From NCBI GenBank assembly GCA_963758525.1, contig CAVWVQ010000003.1, positions 3,872,001-3,936,000 on the forward strand: a DNA stretch of 64,000 bases, in the 5' to 3' direction. The notes beneath the pieces were generated by a model, which saw only the letters and a list, made by a program, of their open reading frames with translations, had not been told where the DNA came from and made no database searches. Of the stretch, positions 10,403-21,978 are shown piece by piece; positions within the stretch are counted from its first letter, which is position 1; every line of letters begins with the position of its first letter. The translations under genes and the position numbers were made by a program. Source of the DNA: an uncultured Phycisphaerales bacterium. Its GTDB lineage: Bacteria; Planctomycetota; Phycisphaerae; Tepidisphaerales; Tepidisphaeraceae.

Positions 10403-11831
10403 GCGCAGCCTCCTTCACGTCAATGAAAATCCTTTCCGGCCGCGCATCGGGCTTCTGAAGAATGGTCTGCACGTTTCGGAGGCTCATCCCGCGGACGTGA
10501 CGCGCGTAGATACCGCAGGCAGGCACGCTCTTTCCGAACATGTTGATCTCAGGATAGATCGCTTCCTTCTCAGAAAGTCGAACCGCCGCCTCAGATGCTG
10601 TGCCGCCGCCTGGCAGTTCCAGTTCAATATTCTCCAGCGTGAGGTTTTCGATGGGATGGCCGGGAATGCCGTTGATGAGCATGCCGACCATCCCGATATT
10701 TTTGGCGGAAATATTCTTGATCGTCACATCGCACAGTTTACCGGCGGCGGGCTTGGGCATCTGCCCCTCGCGGAACGTCTTGAGCCGGGAGCCCAGACGA
10801 ACGCTGATCGGCACTGTCACACCATCCATGGTCACGTCGCTGACGGTGACCCGGCGCAGGTCTCCGCCGTCCACGGTATAGAGTGCAATGCCGGCAAGCG
10901 CCGTGTTGGTGACCTGGCAATTCGAGACAGTGATGTCTTCGAAGCCGCCGAATGATTCAGTGCCGAGCTTGATGGCGTTGGTTCGGCTCGAGAGCTTGCA
11001 ATCGCTGGCGATGATGTCGCGGCTCGGTTTGAGATCTGTGGATTTGATGACGATCGCGTCGTCGCCGCTGATAATGTCGCAACGACGGACAGCCACATGC
11101 TCGCTCGAATCGATGTCGATGCCGTCATTGTTCCTCAACTTCTGGGTTCGTGAGCGAATGGTCACACCTTCAATGACAACGCCCCGGCTCTGAAAGAAAT
11201 CCAGCGTCCATGCACCGGGATTGGCCAGGTGGACATCCCGTACGGTGACATCGCTGCAGCGGATCCAGCGCAGCAAAAATGGCCTCATCTTGTAAGGCTT
11301 TTGGTTTGCGGCCAACTGAGCGCCTTGACCATCAATGGCGCCGCTGCCCTCGATACCGACATGCTGTACATCGATGGCGACGACCAGCGCGTGGCCCATT
11401 GGGTTTCCGTTGCCATCGACAAACGGATCGAGATTGCGGTAATCCGCCGCATCCGTGCTCCCCAACAACGTCGCGGCATTCTCCAGTCGCAGCGTCACGT
11501 TGCTCTTGATCTGGATCGTGCCTGTCAAATACCGGCCCGCGGGGAATCGGATCGTCCCGCCGCCGCTGGCGGAGCAGTCATCGATCATCTTTTGAATGCC
11601 GAGCGTGTTCAATGTCGTGCCATCACCGACCACACCGACGTTTGTCGCGTCGATGACTCGGCTCTCCGCCGCCAGCAGGGGCGAGATCGAGAACAGAATC
11701 ATCGTCGTGAGCAACCGGAGAATCGCCCGCTTGAAATGACGTCTTTGCATTATGGTGCAGGCTTCCAGCCTGCCCGAATTCGGCCGGGTGGAAGCCTGTA
11801 AGTTAAAGTAGGGCGGGCTCATGTTTTTCAA
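10389..11831 (-). CDS. GH28-family glycoside hydrolase; start probably near 11750
   Basis: GDGTTLNT, NNDGIDID, GDDAIVIKS, AIKLGTES. Confidence 0.88.
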   Translation of the reverse strand: MKNMSPPYFNLQASTRPNSGRLEACTIMQRRHFKRAILRLLTTMILFSISPLLAAESRVIDATNVGVVGDGTTLNTLGIQKMIDDCSASGGGTIRFPAGRYLTGTIQIKSNVTLRLENAATLLGSTDAADYRNLDPFVDGNGNPMGHALVVAIDVQHVGIEGSGAIDGQGAQLAANQKPYKMRPFLLRWIRCSDVTVRDVHLANPGAWTLDFFQSRGVVIEGVTIRSRTQKLRNNDGIDIDSSEHVAVRRCDIISGDDAIVIKSTDLKPSRDIIASDCKLSSRTNAIKLGTESFGGFEDITVSNCQVTNTALAGIALYTVDGGDLRRVTVSDVTMDGVTVPISVRLGSRLKTFREGQMPKPAAGKLCDVTIKNISAKNIGMVGMLINGIPGHPIENLTLENIELELPGGGTASEAAVRLSEKEAIYPEINMFGKSVPACGIYARHVRGMSLRNVQTILQKPDARPERIFIDVKEAALATK

Positions 11832-14418
11832 GGATGTTTAGTTTCCGCCGGACACGACATCTCCGCCGGGACCGCCGCGGCTTGAATCGCGATGGAGCCG
11901 GGGGCCAATCCCTCCGCCGTTGCCGTGAGGCGGATCGTCCCGGTGTCAGTCGTGGCCTTGAGGATCACGGTGCAGCACCCGTGGTATGCATGGCGCCGCA
12001 TCGCATGAAACGGCTCATGGCTTGTTACGTCGCCGTTCTCCACCGCGATCACCTCGCCCGGACCGTCCACCGCGAACGTCATCAGATTGTCCGCCAGCGG
12101 CGCAGGAACGCCAGCGGCGTCGGTCACCCTCACAGTGACAAACGAGACGTCATCCCACACCGGCGCCAGCGAGGAGTGGTCTGTGCTGAGAACAATCTTC
12201 GCCGGCGCCCCGGCCGTGTGAAGCTCGTCGGTGGCGACGACCTTGTCTCCCTCTCGTGCAATTGCCTGCAAGGTTCCGGGCGCGAAGCGAACTTTCCATT
12301 GGCACGGCGCGCCTTGCGGCGAGCAGCGCTGCGAGCCAAGCGACGTTCCGTTCAAGATCAGCTCCGCGCTCTGAGCATTGCTGTAGACCAGCACGTTCTG
12401 CTCGCTGATATCACGGTCGGAGGGGGACCAATCCGCAAATTGGCGCGGCGCATCTGCGGTTCGCCGGGGATGTTGCCAGTGGCATCCGCACCCGCGTCGC
12501 GGACGATCGCCACCATCGCCGCGCTGCTCCAGCAGCTCTGCTGCTGGGCGCTTTGCAGATAAGGTTGATCGGTCAGATCGAGCAGCCCCGTCTCCCGCGA
12601 GATGGCCGGCCAGCGGCGCGCCTCGCCAAGGTAATCCGTGCCCGACCAGAGGAACTGACCGGCATACGGCGGGTTATCGCGAACGAACGCCCAGGCATTG
12701 AGGTCCTTCCCATTTTCGGTGCCGATGATTTTTCGCGCCGGCTTGACGCGGTGCGCGGCCAGCGCCTCGGCGTCTCGATAGTTCACGCCGATCACGTCGA
12801 GAAGATCCGCCAGCCCGTCATCAAAATCGTGGCTGACGTTGGGGCGAAACAGCGCCTGCGTCACCGGGCGCGTTGGATCGTTGTCGTGAAAGACCGCGAC
12901 GAGCGACCTGAGAATCGGAATTGCCTCCCGCGGATTGGGCGTATCGTGAATTTCATTGCCGGCGCTGTACAAGACGACGCACGGATGGTTCCGATCGCGC
13001 CTCACCGTGTCGGCGGCGTCGATCAACGACCATTGCTTGAAATAAAGGTGGTAGTCATAGGGATTCTTGGCGACGGTCCAGCAGTCGAACATTTCGTCCA
13101 TGACCAAAAAGCCCATGCGGTCGCACAAATCCAGAAAGTCCGGCGCGACGGGATTGTGACTGGTCCTGATGGCATTGCACCCCAGCCGCTTGAGCGCGGC
13201 CAGGCGATGCTCCCAGGCGCCCAGCGGCACCGCCGTGCCCAAGCCGTCCATGTCGCCGTGCAGACAGACGCCCTTCAACTTCATGTTCTGACCATTGAGC
13301 CAGAAGCCGCTGTCGGCTTTGAACTCCGCGCTACGAATCCCGAAGTGGACAACCTGGTCATCGACCGCTCGCCCGGCTTCGAGAATCCGCACCACCATCT
13401 GATACAGATTCGGATGATCCAGGTCCCAGAGGCGCGGCTTGATCGTCAACTCCTGCTCGACCTCCAGCGGCTTGCCGGGCTCAACGCTCATCGTGCTGGA
13501 CGTCACGGCGGCGGCGTGTGCACCGGCGGGATCGATCAGCGTCGCTTCCACCGTGATCTTCACCGCGCCGGCAGAGGCGTTGAGAACCGTGCTTCTGACA
13601 CGCACGGTGGCCTGGGCGGCGGTGACATTCGGGGTCGTGACAAACGTTCCCCACTCCTCCAGATGAACCGGATCGGTGAAAATCAGCCGCGTGTGCCGGT
13701 AGATGCCCGCGCCGGCATACCACCTCGAGGCGGGCTGCGGCCCGTCGTCGGCGCGCACGGCCAGCACGTTGGATTTGCCCGCTCCGAAATTCAGATGACC
13801 GCTCAACGGATAGTAAAAACTCACATAGCCGTATGGTCGCTTGCCCAGATGAAAGCCATTGATCCAGACATCGCTGTTGGCCATCACCCCGTCAAACTCG
13901 ATGAACGCCAATCGCTTGGCCCGATCCTCGGGAAGAGTGAAATGCTTGCGATACCACCCGACACCCGTGGGAAAGAAGGCACCGGCGCCGCCGGCGGGGT
14001 TGGACTCGGCGACGACGCCCTCGATGCTCCAATCGTGCGGAACATTCAGCAAACGCCAGCCGCTGTCGTTGAATTCCGCGGCCGCGGCACCGGCCGGGTC
14101 GCCCTGGATGAAGCGCCAGTTCGAATCGAATGATTCAATCACCCGGGGCCGATCGGCGTCCAGAGCGCGCGCGGTGTCCCCAACGCCGGCCGCGGCGACC
14201 GCCGCCGTTGCCAGCACAATCGCAGCGATCTGCCCCGCCAGGCCGCAGGCGGCCCAATGCACAGCGCGGCGGTCCGCAAAAATCACGAGCCGCCGGGCGG
14301 GCGCGAAGGCGCAACAAAAAGACGCGAAGGAAGAGCAGGCTCGCAAAGCGACGCCCTCTCCTGGTACTCCGGGAGAGGGCAGGGGTGAGGGTGATTTCGA
14401 GCACCAGGGGTTGGTCAT
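11828..14418 (-). CDS. GH2 beta-galactosidase-like protein (frameshift near 12390; true start probably downstream of the repeat at 14354-14405)
   Basis: VPHDWSIE, FDGVM, SRWYAGAGIYR, NAIRTSHNP, RDRNHPCVVLYSAGNE. C-terminus in ORF 11828..12394. Confidence 0.88.
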
Positions 14419-14437
14419 GTTCCTTGAGGAAAAGGTG

Positions 14438-16875
14438 CTAATGGAAGTTGATCACGATCTTGTCGAACACCATGCCCGGATCGAGCGGACGGAGTGTCAG
14501 CGTGTGTTTGCCGGCGGTGATTTGACACTCGGTCTTTCCAATGGCAGTGCCGTGCAGCACGTTTTCACTCCACTGCGGGCTGAACTCTTTAGTCTCGAGA
14601 TCGACCGAACTCGACGGCCCGTCGTCGATGCCCAGGGAGTATCGCACCTTGAAGCCATCGCGAATGGCGTGCGTGGGAATGCAATAGACGCAGACCCTTG
14701 CAAAACCCTGCTTGTCCGTCGTGAAGTCGTATTCGAGTCGGGAGGCCGCTGTCACGGAAGCCCGCGCCGGCAGCAGCGCGATCGAGTCACCGCTGACGCC
14801 AAGGCCGGGAATCACTTTCCAGGCCGCTCCGTCCTGGGCGACGTGTCGTGACGGTTGCTCGGCTTCGATGGAGACGTCGCCCTGGGCGACGCCAACCCAG
14901 CCGGCGGGAGCGGTCACCGGTTTTCTTAGATCCGGCGTTTCGTAGACGGGCCGGTTTCGCGAGTCGGCGGACATGATGTTCCTCCACTTACCAGCCGCGA
15001 GCTTCTGATTGTAATACTCGGTCTCTGACTGGATCTGTTCGTACGCCGCCTGCCGCAACTTCGCGTCGTTGCTCAGCCACTTGCGGTTCATCGCCGCCGA
15101 GCAACGAACGGGGTAGACCACCGTTTCGAAGAATGCATCGCGAAGTCCGGGCGAAACGCCGGCATACAGCGCGTCAGCACGCTCCACGAGTTTAGCGAAC
15201 CGATCCAGCCGCTGGCTCGCCGACTTTGACTCGCTGCTCAGTTGAGCAGCCAGAATGTGTTCGGGTTTCACGGCGAAATTCAGCCGGTAGTATTCATCCA
15301 TCACCGATGCGGCTTGCGCGGCATCCGACGGCCCGAAGTTGCGCGTCATCCAGTCGGTCAGAAAATTCATCTGGCAGTTTTCGTCCCACGCCGGCACGTT
15401 CCTCGCGAGTTTCAGAAAGAACTCCATATCGATCTCGGCCGGCTTGATGTCGCCGACGTTCAGAACCCAAATGCGCCTGGCATCATTGTCGTAGGCCTTG
15501 CTCATTTCCTCCCACACCAGCGCCGGCGGGGTCGTGCAGAGCCAGAGATAATCTTCGGGCTGTCCCCAATAGGACACGTGGTAATAAACACCCGATCCGC
15601 CGTTGCGGGCCTGTTCTGCTACTGACGGGAGCTCGCGAATGTAGCCATGATTGTCATCCGGCCACAGAAGCGTCACGTCATCAGGAACTTTCAGGCCGTT
15701 GCGATAAAGGGTCAGCACTTCCTTGTAGGGACAGAAGATCTGCGGAATGAGCTGCACCTTCGGATTGACGTACTTCGCCAGCAGCGCCCGTTGATCGCCG
15801 ATCGCCTCTTCCACGAGTTTCACGCGCGAGGGAACATCTTTCGGGCCCTCCAGGGGGCTGTCGTGAATCCCGCCAAGCCCAGCGTCCACGTCGACTCATA
15901 TGGCCCGCGTTTGCTGGCCCACTCTTGCCAGAACCTGCGGATCGCGTCGCGATTGGTGTCGTATCGCCACGGGCCTTGCCTCTTCTCGTTCCACGCCACG
16001 TTGGCCCGATTCATCGGCTCGGCGTGGCTTGCGCCCATGACGATCGCCCAATCGTCGGCGAGCTTGATATTTTCATCGACCGTGCCGAATTCCCGCGTGC
16101 CGCCCGCGACTTTTGTTTTCGACGCTGCCGGATGCATCGCCGGCCAGAGGTAGTTTGCCTTCAATCGCAGGAGGAGCTCGAAAACCTTCTCGTAGGTCCG
16201 GGGACCGATGTTGCCGAAATGGGGATCGAATGTCGTCGACGCCCAGGGCCGCAGGCCCCAATCCTCGTCGTTGATGAAGATGCCGCGATACTTCACCGAC
16301 GGCTCGCCGATCACGTGCGTTCCCTGTTTCACCGAAAGTGTGCTTCGATGGGCGGGTGTCACATCCGCCCACCAATACCACGGCGAGACCCCGATTTGCT
16401 CAGACAATTCAAACACGCCGAACGCGGTGCCTCGTCGATCGCTGCCGGCAATCACTAATGCGCGCTGCACATTCGGAAGCGGATCGTCGATCGTCGTGAG
16501 GACCGACGATTCCCATTTGCCCCGCACGCCGGACACATCCAGCTTGCCACCCTCGATCAATGCATCGATCAGCGAACTTTTGCCGATCGTGCCGACGAGG
16601 ATAGCGGTCTTTCCCAGCGCCGTCTTGTCGTTCTTCACGGCAGGCTTGTGAGCCGTGACCCGCTCAACGTCCTCGGACAGCAGCTTCGCGGCGATCTGTG
16701 CCACCATGGCGTCCTTTGAATCCACATAGATGTCCGCGACAGCCGCGTCAGCGGCCAGGAGAACATCATTGGGACCGGCTGATTGGGCCAGCATCGGCGG
16801 CGCGTCGCCAGCATGCGCGGCCTCAATCAAGCTGAGCAGCGTCAGGATGTTGATGGCTCGGATCAGGTGATGCAT
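14438..16875 (-). CDS. GH115 alpha-glucuronidase-like protein (frameshift near 15880)
   Basis: GSDRRGTAFGVFELSEQIGVSPWYWWAD, KYRGIFINDEDWG, YLWPAMH, DDNHGY, NVGDIKPAE. Confidence 0.88.
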
Positions 16876-16924
16876 GGGCGCAAGTTCGTTTCGTTCAGAA
16901 GCAATTTCAGAACAGCGGTTCCGA

Positions 16925-17016
16925 TCCCCACGCCGAGTCTGAGGTGCTCCGAAGGCTCGGATTCTCCGGCACTCGATCCGAGGCTTCGGAGTACCTCAGA
17001 CTCGGCGTGGGGGATT
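16925..17016. repeat. Long intergenic inverted repeat (hairpin, stem ~38 bp)
   Basis: ATCCCCACGCCGAGTCTGAGGTGCTCCGAAG...CTTCGGAGTACCTCAGACTCGGCGTGGGGGAT. Confidence 0.8.
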
Positions 17017-17050
17017 GTGAAACGAACTCTTAGCTTTAAGGATCGCTTGC

Positions 17051-17791
17051 TTACTCGCCCGGAGATTTCAAACACCCCTTGAGCTTCGGCTCCGCGGTCG
17101 GCAGCTCCCGCATTACGAGATCGGCCATGGCCCTTGCCCCTTTCTCGTTGAAATGGGTGAGATCGCCCTTCTTATTCGCCAGTTCCGCGCTTCCGGCCGG
17201 GCCAAGCTGTTCCACCAGTCTTTTGCTGGACGCGTGCAGGTCGATCACGGCTGCCTGCTTCTCGCTGCCGACTTCTTCCATCGCGCTGGCGTAGGGGGCA
17301 AGCGCATCGATGAGTTTCCCATCAGGATCGAACGTCCTGCGAACCATCGGAGTCACCAGGATGGGTGTCGCGTCGGCCGCGCGGGCTTCGTCGATATAGC
17401 GCCGGAGGTACTGTTTGTAATCGGTCGCCGCGTCGGTTGACTCGGGTTTGTCCGGACCGTGCGAATCGTTATGGCCGAACTGGATCAGAACGTAATCAGG
17501 TTTATCATCCAGCGCCTTCTTCCAGCGCCCTTCCTTGATGAAGGTCTTGGTGCTGCGCCCCGCCGCGGCGTGGTTGATGACTGTCACATCTTCGGACTTG
17601 AAGCGTTCCTGAATAAATTGACCCCACCCCCGGTTGGGGCTCTTCTCCGGATAATCGCAGACGGTTGAGTCGCCAATGATGATCATCCGCAACGGCCCGT
17701 GGGAGACTTCGTCGCCACGGATCGTGGACGAAACGAGCATCGCGACCGCGAACAGGGCGGCGACAGGAAAGTGATTCGGCGTCAATTTCAT
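17051..17791 (-). CDS. Rhamnogalacturonan acetylesterase (CE12, SGNH)
   Basis: IGDSTV, GWGQ, GRSTKTF, QFGHND, DLTHFN. Confidence 0.9.
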   Translation of the reverse strand: MKLTPNHFPVAALFAVAMLVSSTIRGDEVSHGPLRMIIIGDSTVCDYPEKSPNRGWGQFIQERFKSEDVTVINHAAAGRSTKTFIKEGRWKKALDDKPDYVLIQFGHNDSHGPDKPESTDAATDYKQYLRRYIDEARAADATPILVTPMVRRTFDPDGKLIDALAPYASAMEEVGSEKQAAVIDLHASSKRLVEQLGPAGSAELANKKGDLTHFNEKGARAMADLVMRELPTAEPKLKGCLKSPGE

Positions 17792-17851
17792 GGCAGAAGA
17801 GGACGGGTCACGGCCAGAACACGACGAATCGCGACGTCATCTGCGAGGTTG

Positions 17852-18856
17852 TTATTTCCAATTCACCAGGGTCGCCGCATGCACGGGCACCAGCCGGTGA
17901 ACCTGCGGCGCCGACCACTGCTGTGGAGAGGTGTTGAGATCCGCCATGGTCTTGTTGGGATTGCGTCCGTCCGCCTCGGTTTCCAGGATGTCCACATCGT
18001 CGTCGATCACATAGGGCTTGTCGGCGAAGCGCCCGAGCATATTGTTGAACGCCATCGTGTCGTACACGCTCGATACGTGTCCATCGGGAAAGAGCAGGTT
18101 GAATGTGTTGGCCGTCTGGCTGCTGTTCATGTGCGTGAAACTGCCGTAATCCGAGGCGTCGAAGTTGTACACGGCATCGCTCGCCAGTTCCTTGAACGGT
18201 GGGATGTCCGCAAGCTTGCGGTACCACGTCGCCTCCGAAGGACTGGATGGGAGGTAGGCGGATGTGTTTGACCAGTGCGGGTTGAACATGTAAGCACTGC
18301 CCCATTGCGTGCTGGGAAGGCTGGACAGATCCACCTGGCCGGGGCAAAATCGCATGGGGGCGAAATTCATATCGGCGGTGTGTGCTCCGGTAAGCAGGTC
18401 GCTGAACGCGCTTCCTAAGTACCCGCGGATAATCAGCCGACCAAGATTCGCCCCGGGGTCGACACCGCGATAGGCGCCGAGGAGGGGAGCATCTGTCGGC
18501 TGAAACATGTTTATGTTGAACCAGTAATACGGAGTATTATTATTGTCCATCGAGAGGTACCCACTCCGCCACCGCTCGGGCAAAAACCCGCGATTGTCGT
18601 TGCAGTAGAGAATCGTTGCCTGGCCAATCTGCCGAAGATTCGAGGCGCAGGCAGTCAGGGTGGCCTGTTTGCGCGCTCTGCTTAACACCGGCAGGAGGAT
18701 CGCGATCAGCAATGCGATGATCCCGATGACGACGAGCAGTTCGACAAGCGTAAACGCTGCGCGTTTTCGCCTGCTCACGGCAGGCAGTTCGATAATCGCG
18801 GAGCCGAAAGCGGCGCTGACCAAGGTTCCCGATCCCTTTTGCCGTTTGGTAGACAT
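17852..18856 (-). CDS. Prepilin-type N-terminal cleavage/methylation protein with H-X9-DG-like motif
   Basis: [34 protein letters not shown]...[10 protein letters not shown]...NLLFPDGHV. Confidence 0.88.
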   Translation of the reverse strand: MSTKRQKGSGTLVSAAFGSAIIELPAVSRRKRAAFTLVELLVVIGIIALLIAILLPVLSRARKQATLTACASNLRQIGQATILYCNDNRGFLPERWRSGYLSMDNNNTPYYWFNINMFQPTDAPLLGAYRGVDPGANLGRLIIRGYLGSAFSDLLTGAHTADMNFAPMRFCPGQVDLSSLPSTQWGSAYMFNPHWSNTSAYLPSSPSEATWYRKLADIPPFKELASDAVYNFDASDYGSFTHMNSSQTANTFNLLFPDGHVSSVYDTMAFNNMLGRFADKPYVIDDDVDILETEADGRNPNKTMADLNTSPQQWSAPQVHRLVPVHAATLVNWK

Positions 18857-19059
18857 GTAGGCCTCACTCGTAAATGAACGTCTGCACCATCGGGCGTTTC
18901 CAGCTGCGCGAGCATCAGCCGCGGCAGTGTGCGCCCCAAGCCTGCGACACCGGCAACTCTTCCTCCGCCAGTGATGCGTGGGACATCTTCATCCCTGCGC
19001 ATGATTGTATCCTGATCATCTCATATACCAAGCAAAGTTTTGCCACTGAATCCAGCCTT

Positions 19060-19902
19060 TCAGGGCTTGCCCGCACCTGCCGCCGGACCGCTGGCGGCGT
19101 CCGCGCTGACAACCACATCAGCATTCAACGGGCAGGCCTCAATTCCCTTGAGACCTTCGATCACCGAGCGCGCATTCAGCGCCGCTCCCTGGGGATCAGT
19201 GTGCGTATGGTCCTGCGGAAAAAACGCCTTCACCTTCTCCTCGCCCAACTCCTCATAATGCTTTGCGATGATGTCATTGAGGTCGACAAATGCGACGCCC
19301 TCACTCTGTGCGGCCTCCTGGGCCCACTTGCCGTAGTCTCCGGATGACCGGGCGACCTTTCCATCCTTCCAGATATTCCGCGGCACCGGCGAGAGCACGA
19401 TGGGCGTTGCTCCCTTGGCCTTTGCATCGGAAATATATTTCCGCAGATACCAGCCATAGCTGTGTACCGTCTCGGTTTTCCCGGCTGCATTCTTGACGTC
19501 CTGTGTCTCATCGCCGTTGCCCTTGATCGAGGCGCGGCCTTTGGGGTCGGAGAGTCCGCCGGCGTCGTTGTGCCCAAACTGCATCAGCACAAAGTCGCCC
19601 GGTTTGATTTCTTCAAGCACCTTGTCCCACAGACCCTCGGTCAGGAACGTTCTGCTGCTTCGCCCGCCGCGGGCGCGATTTTCGAGGTTGATCCTCGACT
19701 GATCGAAATCCGCGACGATCGCGGTCCCCCATCCTTCCAGGCCCTTGGTGCCGTTGTTCACGGTCGAATCGCCGATCAAGAAAAGCGTCGGCAGCTTGGG
19801 ATTCGGCCCCTTTTCCGCCGGACTGCTCCCCCGGCTGGGGCAACAGCAAATCAGCGACATGCCGATGGCTGAGAGAACGATCGATGCTCGCAATCGGTTC
19901 AT
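19060..19902 (-). CDS. Rhamnogalacturonan acetylesterase (CE12)
   Basis: LIGDSTV, GGRSSRTF, QFGHND, DHTHT. Confidence 0.9.
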   Translation of the reverse strand: MNRLRASIVLSAIGMSLICCCPSRGSSPAEKGPNPKLPTLFLIGDSTVNNGTKGLEGWGTAIVADFDQSRINLENRARGGRSSRTFLTEGLWDKVLEEIKPGDFVLMQFGHNDAGGLSDPKGRASIKGNGDETQDVKNAAGKTETVHSYGWYLRKYISDAKAKGATPIVLSPVPRNIWKDGKVARSSGDYGKWAQEAAQSEGVAFVDLNDIIAKHYEELGEEKVKAFFPQDHTHTDPQGAALNARSVIEGLKGIEACPLNADVVVSADAASGPAAGAGKP

Positions 19903-21777
19903 GGTTGCACCTCTAAACGAATGGCGTCATACATCACGTCCCCGAAGTACTTTGCCCGCTGCTCGAAAGGCTCTGAAAACGGCAGGGCGTGATGCAGTGC
20001 CAGCGTGATCTGGTTGCTTCCGCCATGAAGCAGGGCGGCGTCGAATTCCGCGTATTCGACTTGATAGAGGCTGTCCTGCCCGCCGCTTCGATACGCGGCG
20101 GCGCCGCTCTTGCGCGGCTTGAGCTCGGCAACCTGCACTCCATTGACTTTGACCACCAGCGATCCGAACACCTGAGCCGAGGCCAGGCCGAGCGTCAGCG
20201 TTGCCTTGCCCGTCTGCGCGGGGCAGGTCAAAGAGGATGCTCCAGTACGGCTTCCTGCTGTACCAGTTCCACTGCGCGAAGTTCCAGTCGCGCTCTTCGC
20301 GGCTCTTGCCGATCGTAAACGTCACGTCGTCGGGGAAGTCGGCGGGATAGCGGAGGAAGTTCCCGTAGTGACGCACGTCGTCGCCACCCTTGAATTCGCG
20401 CGAGGATCGATCGGCAACGCCAATCTGCCACAGCGTCCGTCCATGCGTCACCGGCGTCCATTGCAGGATACCCAGTTCGGTCATCGACTGCGGGCGGACG
20501 GCGACGTTTTCTCGTTTCAAATCCTCAAACTGATTCGCTCCACTGACGAAAAGTGTGTAGTTTCCAGGCCGAACGTTGCGAATCGCGAAACGCCCGCTCG
20601 AATCCAGCTTTGAATAGAACATGTACCCGTTGGCGGACTCGGTCCAGTCTTTGTCATCGGGGGGAGCGAGCACGACCCATGCGTCCTTCACGCTGCCGCC
20701 GCCCTGGAGAGCGACCTGGCCGGTCACGACGCCACGTTCGAGCGGATATTCCTCGCTCTTGAGCCACGCATACGGCCACTGCCCCCGCTCGCTTGCCGCG
20801 CAAGTCTGCGCATCCTCCCACATGGCGCTGACAGACGGTCCATGGTTCACGTAGACGAACACCGGACCGAACATTTTGCTCCAGGTTTCCGCTTCCTTGA
20901 CCTGAATGGCTCCAGCGCCGAAATGCCCGCCCTGGAACATTGCCAGCAGCGTGTTGTCTGCGTGCACCGTCAGATCCTGCCGAAGGGGGCCGCCGTTGAG
21001 GAACTCGGTGCTGGGCCAGATCATCCAGAGGCCGACGCCATGTCCCGCCATGCCATGGGCAACATAGTCGCAGGTGAAAGCGGAATTGTTGTACTTTGTG
21101 TAGATCGTCCCATCCGCCAGGCGGGACGTGGCATCCTGAACGGATTGAACAACCGGCGCCGTCGAATACGCTCCCTGCCGTTTGTCATCGACAACATGGT
21201 TTGTGAACAGCTCAGGACCCTTCACGCCCCTGATGGCAAAGCGTGTCTGCCCGATGTCTCCCGCGGGCATTCCAGCGGAATGTCGATAGATCACGTATGC
21301 GTAGAAACCGCTTTGCCCGCGCCGCAATACGTAGTGAGCCTCGGTGTGGAACGGAAACCACTCGCCCGGTTCGCCGTGGAGTTCCAGGTCGGCCGACTCC
21401 GGGCCGGCGCTGACCAGACGAGCGGTGCAGCCAGAAAGCGGATGCGCGTATCCCGCCTTGGGGCGCGCCCGGTCGGCGTTCTCTGGCTCGTCTTCGGGAC
21501 CGCCGTTGGCGTCCAGGTACATTCCCAGCTTCCGATCGGTCAGCACCTGTGAATGGCGCCGATCGAGCGATTCGATCGTGATAATGTCCCCGCTCACCAT
21601 CGATACCGTCAGCGAAATCAGCCCGTTCTCCAGCACGATCTGGCCGCGCCCTTGCTTCACCGTGACCGGCGCGGTCTCGCCGGCGTTGACATGAGCGGTC
21701 AGCAGCGACGCGACGGTCGTAACGACAAGCACACATAGCCGGCTAGCACGCATTGAGTCCTGGAAGGTGGTTGGCAT
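19899..21777 (-). CDS. Rhamnogalacturonan lyase (PL4), frameshift near 20230
   Basis: GGPLRQDL, HFG, GPVFVYVN, WPYAW, VRPGNYTL, LWQIGVADR; C-terminal MYDAIRLE in ORF 19899..20231. Confidence 0.85.
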
Positions 21778-21978
21778 GAGTGACTACGAAGTCGAAGACC
21801 CTGCCGATGAATCTCCCTCTCCGTCATCCATTATATTGCCGGCAGGCAGGCGGTTTGGACGCCAATTCCGTCATTTTCGCGATACAGTTTCCGGCGGAAG
21901 GATGACGGAACCCAATCGGCCGGCGCCGCGATGATTTCGAGTGCCGTTTGGAACCGCCGACTCCGGTAGGGCGGCGAA

